This document shows, in pieces, positions 56,099 to 64,000 of a stretch of 64,000 bases of DNA. The notes below the pieces were generated by a model. It was not told where the DNA came from. It was given only the letters and a program-made list of their open reading frames with translations, and made no database searches. The stretch lies in the IMG/VR virus record IMGVR_UViG_3300008952_003529, one strand, 5' to 3'. Positions within the stretch are counted from its first letter, which is position 1. Each line of letters opens with the position of its first letter. The stretch comes from a virus. The position numbers and the translations under genes were made by a program.

Positions 56099-59000
56099 TG
56101 TCAAAAGGCCCAAAGATAAAGCGCGTTTTTGAAAATCAACGACTGTTTACTCCCAAGGTAATCAGAAGATACACAAATTCATCTGGTGTTCTTAGAAACC
56201 AGACAGCTGCCTCGTTATCTGGTTCAGCCCCTACATCTACAACAGGCTCTTTTAGGTATGATCCCCCCGGATCACCTATGAAGTCCACACAGCAATTGCC
56301 GCTTGATTTTTCGCAATTCGAGAACCACACATTTTTTGCATCCGCTGAATCAAATGTTAATGTCGCTTTTGAAAAAATTGTTAATCAATTTCCTTTTGAC
56401 GGAACGACTGAGGAATATGAGAATTTTCTAGATGATTTGACTGGTTTCGAAAACTACGTTTTGGATTCGTTTCCGCACTATGTAGGATACCTAACTTTTG
56501 ACAACACTGTGCTGGGTTCAGTTGATGGGAAGCATCAATCCATAGAAGTCAAGGATAGGGCCGGCGTTTTATTTCCTGCTTTATCTAGAATCCGTTCTGC
56601 AAAAACTATTTTAGATCCATCTGGTGGCTCATTTTCTGTTGAGTGTAAGTTGTCTTTGCCACCAGAAGTGAATACAAAACAGATCGTCTTTAGTCATATG
56701 AGCGATGGGGGTGTTGGTTATTCTGCATTTTTAGAAGATGGTGATGAAGCTTCCGCAAACATAAAGTTTGTAGTTGCTAGTGGTTCACATCATATTTCTG
56801 CTTCTCATAACTTAGAGAAAGGAGAAGTCTGGCACTCTTTAAGCTTCGTTTATGACCGTGATGTGACACAAAGAAATGCAAAGATATTAAGTTGTTCTAC
56901 TGTGATAGCTACGTCGCCACGCTACCGATTTAATAGTCTAAGTACACAAGGTGCTTCTTTTTTCATCGCAACCGGAAGCACAATCCAGACCGGTGGATCT
57001 TATTTCACTCCAGCCGATACATTTGCCGGTTCCATTGACGAATTTAGAGTATTTGCAGGTGTGAGGCCACCTGGTGATATTGATTATTACATGCAAAGAA
57101 ATATATTCGCTCGAAAAGATCTAAAGCTGTCTTTTCGTTTTAATGAGCCAACAGGATCATATACAAACAATGACGTTGTATTAGACCACTCTGGTATGAG
57201 CTTACATTCTAAAATCACAGGGTGGAGGGAAAACCAGATTAGAGTAGTAAATACTGACAATATGCCTCCGATGTTATTTGAGGGATCTGTAAAGCATCCA
57301 GTACTTTTTCCTTCATACCCCTCTCTCGTTACGCTGAATGAGCAATTGCTATTGTCGGCATCTCAGTATGATTCCAACAACCCAAACTTAATTACGAAAT
57401 TAATTCCAGCGCACTATTTGGACGAAGCAGCAGCCTCACTTGCGATATCAGACAATCCTGATGGTACCCTTATGGATGGAATCTCAGCGATGTCTCCAAG
57501 TTATGATGTGCCTGGCGGCGCAAGGTTGGGACAACCACAAATAATCGCGTCTTTGTTGTTTATGTGGGCCAGGGAATTTGATATGGTGAAGGCATTTTTA
57601 GATCATGTTAGTAATCTAATTTTTGCTGAGTATGATTATAATGAGTCGATAGCTGATCACCTTTTACCCGTATTAGCAGAACACTACGGGCTAGAATTAC
57701 CCAACATGTTTCGAAATGCAAAAATGAATCAATTCTTTTCAGGTGAAGAAGTCGTTACTGGAAAGCTTACAAGAAGTCTTCAATTTGCACAAAATGAAAT
57801 ATGGCGAAGAATTTTAATAAATGTTAGAGAAATAATTTCTTCAAAGGGTACAGTACACGCCATCAAGGCATTATTTAGAACTTCCGGGATAGACCCAGAC
57901 AGAATTTTTAGGTTTGTAGAATATGGTGGCACAACTACTCAACGACTTGGTACGGCTCGAGAAGTGGCTACTGAGGTTTCAACCTTAATAGATTTCTCAG
58001 GTAGTCTGGCACACCAAACATCTGTCACAACAGATGCACAGGGGTTCTACGATAAATATCCGTCTATCCAAAGTGTGTTTCTGTCTTCTTCTAGAGTTGA
58101 GAAGGGATGGCCTCCGCCAGCCGGAGACTTTGTTATGCTCAACAACCAGGTATTGGGCACAGATAACACAAATGACGGACTTCAAACATCTGGAAGCTGG
58201 ACAATCGAAACTCGAGTTAAGTTTCCTTTAGCTCGTGGACTCACTTCAAAACAAAGCTTATTTAGGCTTCATACCACATCTTCTGGCACGCCACATAACA
58301 TGATATTGAATCTTGTTGCTACACCACCTACGTCTAGGGCTGTTTATGCGGAGAAGGCTGGGGAGAAAATTACGCTTTATTGCCGTCCTGGCTTCGGTTC
58401 AGACGCACCCTTGATTGAGCTTCCGCTCACCGGCGCAGACATTTTTGATGGACGTGTATGGATGATCACTTGTGGTAGGGAAAGATATGATAGGTGTGGT
58501 TCGTATGTATCTTCTAGCTATTTTATAAGGGCAACGAAGCAAGAATATGGAAATATTGTTGAATATCATACGACATCGTCCTTTTTCGCAGAACAATCGG
58601 ATCCTCCGTATATGAACTATGGAGAAAATATTTGGCAGTTAAAAGAAGAGCCAGGCTCCAAGGCTCTGGAAAATGCGAGTGGTTCATTTTTAGCTTTCGG
58701 AAATCAGAGCATTACAACTACCGGTATAAATTTCCTGAATAACGCTGCTGCTGTGACAAATAATGATGCTAGAACAACGTTATTTCAAGGGTTAATGGGG
58801 CATACTCGTTTTTGGTCTGAAGCTTTAGACGAGCAAGAAACAAAAGAGCACTTATTAAATTTTCGATCGCTGGGTGTCCGAAACCCTCTTGTGAATTTCG
58901 GTTTCACACCTGATGTAACAGGATCGTTCGAAAAGCTTCGCTTGAATATATCATCCGATCAGCCATCCACAGAGAGTAACGATACCGGCGGTCTCTTTTT

Positions 59001-59703
59001 AATAGATTTCTCTCAGAACTTTAATCTATCTGGGTCTCAGTATTATCTACCAGCATCCGGATCGATGATAGGCGCCGTTGGACAAGGGTTTGAGGTAGAG
59101 AAGGGAGTGATTAAACCCGAGCGAATCGACTTTAGTTATCTATCACCAAATTGGGATGAGATGCCAGAGCAAAATAAAGTAAGAGTTGCCGGTTTCACAC
59201 AGGGCAAGAATCTATTTGAGCTTGGTGGTCAACCAGCGCCTGTTTACGAGATTCCAAAGTCTGCCGAGCCTGTGGATGATGCAAGATTTGGTATTGAGTT
59301 TTCGATTATGCAAGCCCTGGATGAGGACATCATGAACATATTTGCAACTCTTGATGCACTAGATTTAGCGATTGGGGCTCCAGAATTGATGTTCGCAGAA
59401 GAATATCCAGAGTTAGCACGATTGAGAAAAGTTTATTTTAATCGCTTAACAGATCAGATCAATTATAAAAAGCTGTTTGATTTTTTTAGGTGGCTAGACG
59501 ACTCGTTTGACTCGATAATAGAGGGATTAATCCCACGTAAGACAAATTACATGGGGTTCAATTTTATAATTGAGGGCCACGGACTAGAACGTCCTAAGGT
59601 GGCGTATGGGTCTGGAGACGTTTATCTCGGTGAGAGTACCAGGAGAAATTTAAAGGGAATCATATTACTTCGACAACTTGTCGGTGACATGAGGAAGTTC
59701 TAA
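56098..59703 (+). CDS. Large baseplate/tail protein with two LamG-like domains
   Basis: IWRRILIN...SKGT..AIKALF..SG (tail-formation-like); FAGSIDEFRVF; GLMGHTRFW. Confidence 0.7.
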   Translation: MSKGPKIKRVFENQRLFTPKVIRRYTNSSGVLRNQTAASLSGSAPTSTTGSFRYDPPGSPMKSTQQLPLDFSQFENHTFFASAESNVNVAFEKIVNQFPFDGTTEEYENFLDDLTGFENYVLDSFPHYVGYLTFDNTVLGSVDGKHQSIEVKDRAGVLFPALSRIRSAKTILDPSGGSFSVECKLSLPPEVNTKQIVFSHMSDGGVGYSAFLEDGDEASANIKFVVASGSHHISASHNLEKGEVWHSLSFVYDRDVTQRNAKILSCSTVIATSPRYRFNSLSTQGASFFIATGSTIQTGGSYFTPADTFAGSIDEFRVFAGVRPPGDIDYYMQRNIFARKDLKLSFRFNEPTGSYTNNDVVLDHSGMSLHSKITGWRENQIRVVNTDNMPPMLFEGSVKHPVLFPSYPSLVTLNEQLLLSASQYDSNNPNLITKLIPAHYLDEAAASLAISDNPDGTLMDGISAMSPSYDVPGGARLGQPQIIASLLFMWAREFDMVKAFLDHVSNLIFAEYDYNESIADHLLPVLAEHYGLELPNMFRNAKMNQFFSGEEVVTGKLTRSLQFAQNEIWRRILINVREIISSKGTVHAIKALFRTSGIDPDRIFRFVEYGGTTTQRLGTAREVATEVSTLIDFSGSLAHQTSVTTDAQGFYDKYPSIQSVFLSSSRVEKGWPPPAGDFVMLNNQVLGTDNTNDGLQTSGSWTIETRVKFPLARGLTSKQSLFRLHTTSSGTPHNMILNLVATPPTSRAVYAEKAGEKITLYCRPGFGSDAPLIELPLTGADIFDGRVWMITCGRERYDRCGSYVSSSYFIRATKQEYGNIVEYHTTSSFFAEQSDPPYMNYGENIWQLKEEPGSKALENASGSFLAFGNQSITTTGINFLNNAAAVTNNDARTTLFQGLMGHTRFWSEALDEQETKEHLLNFRSLGVRNPLVNFGFTPDVTGSFEKLRLNISSDQPSTESNDTGGLFLIDFSQNFNLSGSQYYLPASGSMIGAVGQGFEVEKGVIKPERIDFSYLSPNWDEMPEQNKVRVAGFTQGKNLFELGGQPAPVYEIPKSAEPVDDARFGIEFSIMQALDEDIMNIFATLDALDLAIGAPELMFAEEYPELARLRKVYFNRLTDQINYKKLFDFFRWLDDSFDSIIEGLIPRKTNYMGFNFIIEGHGLERPKVAYGSGDVYLGESTRRNLKGIILLRQLVGDMRKF

Positions 59704-62321
59704 TGGCGAAATATGAAATAATCACTCCCCATGGTGTCGAAGCACCATACAGTCTAACGGGATCCATGTACGTAGGCGGCCCACCTTTTGATGGCTACTA
59801 TACCGCTGGGTCATCTTTGGTTGGCTGGTGGCGCTTCCAGGATTTAACGTCTTTCCCTTCTTCTGGCGACGCGCCAGACTCAAGTGGTCAAGATAATCCC
59901 GCGACGAGTTTTAAAGCCAAGAGACCAGATTTTTCGATATCGTCCCCAGGCGATAGAATTCAACCAAATTCTGTATTATTAACCCAATCACCAGATATAC
60001 AATCTGCCACCATCAAAGATCTCGCGGCAGATTCTGTTCTTTCATTCGGGGACGGGGAAACAGATAGTTCATTTTCAATTGCCGCGCGCGTACGGAGACC
60101 GTCTCTATCGTTAAATGGTGCGTACGGGACGATTATTCACAAGGGAAAAGAAAATTCCGCTGATGAAGTAGAGTACCAGCTTGTACTTTGGGACAATAAC
60201 ACAGACGGTGCCTCGAGGGTGCAATTTAAAATTGGTGATCGTTCTGAAGAAGCTTTTCTGCGAGTTCAGAGTCCTGCGGAGTCATTAACGGCCGATGAGT
60301 GGCATAGCGTAGTTGTGACGTATGACGGAACAGCCAAGGCAACTCTAGATGATGGTGGCAGCTCTATAAATTGTATGGCAATATACATCGATGGACGGCC
60401 TCAGCCGCTGGAAGATAATTCTCTTAATCCCCTGTTATATGTAGCGATGGAGGGATCGACCGAACGTTTTCGGATGGGCGCTCGAGGAAGTGGTGGAGGT
60501 GCGAACGGTTTCGAGGGGAACCTGGCAGACATAGCAATATGGAATAGGGAGTTAACTGAAATTGAGATAGCTGCGATCGCGAATGCAGCAAGTGGTCCGA
60601 TTTATTGGTCATATCGAAACTTCCACCTTGTAGGATATGGTCAGCGGCTTTCACCCACTGGATCACAAGAACGCCTGTCTCTTCAAGGTTTGGACGCGCG
60701 TCCAGATGATGTATATTTCCCAAGCCTGCTTCCTCGTATTCGTCAAGGCGCTCCAATGTCGATATGGAGACAGGGCGAAAAGATATCTGACAAGTATTTT
60801 GATGACACTTTGTCCTTCCCCCATTCAGGGTCTACAAGTCTCCGCGGCGAAAATGATGTCAAGATTAATATGCGGATGAATTTTGAGTGGGAAAAGCTCA
60901 ACTTTGGTCAAGCACCGGTAGTTCAGCAGGGGGAATCTTTTGTTGAGACTAACCCCTTCAATGCAGTAGACTTTATTACATCACCCGAAAGTACCTTCTG
61001 GCCCGTAAATTTATTCAACCTTGGGTCTCTACTCGATCATGAGTTCGACGGTGTAATAGAGCCACTAGACATTCGTTCTGAACTTCTTGGATTGGTTCGC
61101 TCTAGATTCGAGGGGCATTCTGTCCGCGGCTCGCTTATGGGTCCTGCTAGCGAAACATACTTTGGTAGCAAGCTTATTGTTGACAAGTGGCGCTCTGATG
61201 ACGGAAAGACTCCATTTTTTCTCGATGCACCAATTAACTGGAGCGAGCTAACACCAAGCGCATCAGCGACATGGGACAGTTTGCCGGTGGCGGTTTATTC
61301 TAATATAACGACCGAGCCGGATCGACCGTTTGTTGATCACGATGCGTTTGAGCAGACCGTTTCTACTTTGGTAATGAATAACCCACAGCTGCCTGGTGGA
61401 ATTATCCCCTATAATTTAGCTTTATCCCCTCCAGGTTTTTCCTTTGGTAGTCAGCTTTCGTTACCATGGGCCAATGAATTGTTGGCTTGGTGGAGACTAA
61501 ACCGCGAAAGTAGCAGTGGGGGTACAGTACCCGATTCGTCAGGTAATGGTCGTGACGCGACATTCTCTTCCACTCCCACTGTTACTTCAGCAGAAACGCC
61601 AATGCCGTATATTCAAGAGACTGTTCAGCAATTCGTCAATGAGAGTGACAAAATCTTCCTCGGGACCGATGCAGTCTGGGAGCCGCTGATCGGTGGCGCC
61701 GGGGATGATGCAAAACCATTTTCAATATCTGCTTGGTTTAATGCGCAAGCGCTGGGAAGCTCGTTCCCCCACGCCGGGAAATTAATAGAGTTTGGTTTCG
61801 CCAGCAGAACAATCATCACCACCCATCCTATTGATCCCGACTACGATCTCGGCCTGAGGTTTGACTGTGGCGCCGGCACCCCCCCCAGGACCCAAGACAT
61901 ATTCTTTAATACGTGGTATCACATGGTTTGGACATATTCTGGTGGGTCCAACCACGGTGGAAACAAGAAAGCAAGGGTATACATCAATGGCGTCCAGCAT
62001 GACGTTGAGACCCAGACAGCTATAGCTATAGCATCAGGTCACGGGTATCTTGGGGGTGATCACGATGGAGGAAGCGGATGGGCGGGCTATATTGCTGATG
62101 TGAGTATATGGAGTCGCAGACTACTGTGGGCTGAAGTTCAAGCGCTTTACAGTGCACGAAACGGTATATCCAGATATGATTTAAAGGACGACACGCTGAT
62201 AGCGGCGATGCGTCAAATGAACTCAACAGCATATCCCACTATCGATCATGCCGAACGGCGTGCTAATCATGGATTTTACTTCGGACAAAATGCTGGTTCA
62301 ATTGTGTATGGAGATGAGTAG
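59703..62321 (+). CDS. Virion protein with two LamG-like domains
   Basis: LVGWWRF..FSIAARV..EWHSVVVTYDG..FEGNLADIAIW; LAWWRLN..FSISAWF..TWYHMVWTY..YIADVSIW. Confidence 0.8.
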   Translation: MAKYEIITPHGVEAPYSLTGSMYVGGPPFDGYYTAGSSLVGWWRFQDLTSFPSSGDAPDSSGQDNPATSFKAKRPDFSISSPGDRIQPNSVLLTQSPDIQSATIKDLAADSVLSFGDGETDSSFSIAARVRRPSLSLNGAYGTIIHKGKENSADEVEYQLVLWDNNTDGASRVQFKIGDRSEEAFLRVQSPAESLTADEWHSVVVTYDGTAKATLDDGGSSINCMAIYIDGRPQPLEDNSLNPLLYVAMEGSTERFRMGARGSGGGANGFEGNLADIAIWNRELTEIEIAAIANAASGPIYWSYRNFHLVGYGQRLSPTGSQERLSLQGLDARPDDVYFPSLLPRIRQGAPMSIWRQGEKISDKYFDDTLSFPHSGSTSLRGENDVKINMRMNFEWEKLNFGQAPVVQQGESFVETNPFNAVDFITSPESTFWPVNLFNLGSLLDHEFDGVIEPLDIRSELLGLVRSRFEGHSVRGSLMGPASETYFGSKLIVDKWRSDDGKTPFFLDAPINWSELTPSASATWDSLPVAVYSNITTEPDRPFVDHDAFEQTVSTLVMNNPQLPGGIIPYNLALSPPGFSFGSQLSLPWANELLAWWRLNRESSSGGTVPDSSGNGRDATFSSTPTVTSAETPMPYIQETVQQFVNESDKIFLGTDAVWEPLIGGAGDDAKPFSISAWFNAQALGSSFPHAGKLIEFGFASRTIITTHPIDPDYDLGLRFDCGAGTPPRTQDIFFNTWYHMVWTYSGGSNHGGNKKARVYINGVQHDVETQTAIAIASGHGYLGGDHDGGSGWAGYIADVSIWSRRLLWAEVQALYSARNGISRYDLKDDTLIAAMRQMNSTAYPTIDHAERRANHGFYFGQNAGSIVYGDE

Positions 62322-62323
62322 CG

Positions 62324-64000
62324 ATGTTTAACACAAAGAATCAATGGATCTGGCCAGACCTTTCAAGATATGTTTCTTCGATTGGAAGCCACGGCAAGCG
62401 ATGGGAATTGAAACCCATTTGTAAAGCTTACTATAGATTTAATGAGTGGTCCGCATCAGGTGAGCCAGGGTTTAAAGATCGTGCCGGCGCCCAAGAACCA
62501 CTGATGATAGTCACCGGCAGTGGAACTGCTGGAACCACCTCAACGACATATCCGCCAATCCTTCCATATAATAAGGAGATGTTGCCCTTAGATTTTGACA
62601 AGTCATTAGCTGGCAGCTTACCAAAGTTTACTCCCACTTCATTAGAGCTTGTTCCTAACTCTGAAACTCGAGTTGCACGTCCGCTTGTCATGAAGTGTTT
62701 TGACTTCGGAACCCGCGACCGCCGCTTTTTACTGAGCAACACTCTTAAGAATATTGACACCACTTTCCTCCAGGAAGAGTATACATTCGTTACAAGGGTA
62801 TGTGTTACTTCACCTGCCGGCGATCCAGAGCTTATATTTTCACTATCAGAATTTAATCTGACCTTATTGTCTCTTTCTTGTACATCAGCGTCAGCGACAC
62901 AATATACTTTGGGAGCGAAGGTCTTTGATACGGTCGGCACCACTGAGTCCGTTTCAGGAAACCTCTATTATGATAAATGGTACACTGCCTTTATTTCTGT
63001 AAGGGGCCCAACTGCTTCTACGGCTGGTCAGGTAAAACTGAGTGTGTGGGAAATGACAGACGGAACTCGTACTGCGGTACCGACCGTCACCGCAATTACC
63101 GCTGGAAAAACTCTTCTTAGTCTCACATCTCCTAGAATATTCGTCGGATACGGAGACCCGACTTCTGCTCCTAATCCTTCATTCCCTCCAGGCGAATCGA
63201 ATAATTGGGGACATCATTCCAAAATTTTTGAGTTAGCAATTCTTGGAAATTGGACTTCTAGTGAATTAAACCAGGCGATCGCATCAGGATGGTCTGACGA
63301 AACTCTTACCGGACATCCTCGTCTTTTCACAAATTGGACATCTGGGTTTGATAGCGAAAAAGCTAGAAAAGCATTACGATTGATGGACGACGCAAGAGCA
63401 GCTTATCCATCGATAGTAAGAACCGGTGACGGAACCCGGTTAGGGAACCAACCAGTATCACCATTTAACGATGATAATACGCTAATTTTTACCGCTAGCT
63501 CTCATTTGCGCTTTCCAGAAATGTTGCCCGAAGACTTATTTGCTGACAGCGGAGCTGGTGGTAGTCTGGAGAGGTATTCTAGAAAGAATTTAACGCACAC
63601 TTCACCGACCGATCTCGGTGCCGACCCATGGATAATTGCCTCCGGCAGTGTCAGACCCGGTATTATGTCTAGAGAAGCATTCATTTTTAATAGAAATGAT
63701 GGGATATATGGTCAGCAATTACAACACAGGAATAGACTAGCTAGCGCGATGCCTCCCTTTGATGATTCCGCCCGTGATACCGCTGTAGAAATAATTCACT
63801 TACCTGCCACACCACTTTCTACCACACTAGGTTTTGATCAACCGCTGGGTAGCAGAATCGCGATTGTTATAGATTTAAACCCCACCCAAGATCTGGCTTT
63901 AGGCCATGTCAGTAGAGACCTTATATTGACAGGATCCGAGGGAGTGGGCGGTGGCTTAGAAAATCGTACTTGTGTACCCGACTTTTCCAATGTAGGTAAG
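62324..64000 (+). CDS. Partial structural protein (at least 559 aa, open to the window end), absent from the ORF track
   Basis: My translation from ATG 62324 (MFNTKNQWIWPD..AYYRFNE..KWYTAFISV..) found no stop before 64000; LamG-like elements. Confidence 0.75.
   Translation, partial: MFNTKNQWIWPDLSRYVSSIGSHGKRWELKPICKAYYRFNEWSASGEPGFKDRAGAQEPLMIVTGSGTAGTTSTTYPPILPYNKEMLPLDFDKSLAGSLPKFTPTSLELVPNSETRVARPLVMKCFDFGTRDRRFLLSNTLKNIDTTFLQEEYTFVTRVCVTSPAGDPELIFSLSEFNLTLLSLSCTSASATQYTLGAKVFDTVGTTESVSGNLYYDKWYTAFISVRGPTASTAGQVKLSVWEMTDGTRTAVPTVTAITAGKTLLSLTSPRIFVGYGDPTSAPNPSFPPGESNNWGHHSKIFELAILGNWTSSELNQAIASGWSDETLTGHPRLFTNWTSGFDSEKARKALRLMDDARAAYPSIVRTGDGTRLGNQPVSPFNDDNTLIFTASSHLRFPEMLPEDLFADSGAGGSLERYSRKNLTHTSPTDLGADPWIIASGSVRPGIMSREAFIFNRNDGIYGQQLQHRNRLASAMPPFDDSARDTAVEIIHLPATPLSTTLGFDQPLGSRIAIVIDLNPTQDLALGHVSRDLILTGSEGVGGGLENRTCVPDFSNVGK

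Noticed and set aside
1-64000. Stop-codon reassignment, introns, inteins or DGR
   Set aside because: Long ORFs are intact in code 11 and end in TAA, TAG or TGA at sensible boundaries; conserved enzymes show no large insertions; no reverse transcriptase or template/variable repeat pair was seen

Overview
The window is best read as part of a large (jumbo-type) tailed myophage genome of about 40% GC. It uses the standard genetic code and is almost entirely + strand. I found no tRNA, rRNA or CRISPR array. Layout: (1) 0.1-8.9 kb accessory genes: acidic proteins sharing an N-terminal M-K/R-x-T/S-K/R-R-Q-L/I-x-x-I-I-R leader (followed by EE in two of three), two lipoproteins, GIY-YIG, Hsp20, S1 protease, eukaryote-type phosphomannomutase, DinG-like helicase, cytidylyltransferase-like enzyme and Nudix. 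(2) 8.9-14.9 kb: a tightly coupled operon of YeaH/YhbH, SpoVR, PrkA/YeaG, a small membrane protein and a full-length GroEL homologue that has lost its ATP-binding motifs. (3) 15-18 kb: small proteins including an Hc1-like protein and a Cys-rich sigma-region-4 protein, plus PIN-PhoH. (4) 18-27.5 kb: fibre and LamG structural operon. (5) 27.7-47.9 kb: about 20 kb of glycan genes, with about 10 glycosyltransferases (one is GT6), methyltransferases, an NDP-heptose-like pathway with a split transketolase but no GmhA, and gmd/fcl. A Cas4-like nuclease sits inside this block. (6) 48.2-64 kb: phage sigma factor, then spike, gp25-like and gp6/J-like wedge and LamG-rich baseplate genes; the last ORF runs off the end. 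The strongest candidate for an undescribed system is the YeaH-SpoVR-PrkA plus pseudo-GroEL operon. It follows the same ATAnTTA motif that precedes structural operons, which suggests a late assembly-chaperone role. A second recurring signal is promoter-like motifs placed inside hairpins whose 3' arm masks the RBS or start codon of operon-leading genes. All family assignments are by motif recognition by eye; no database searches were run.
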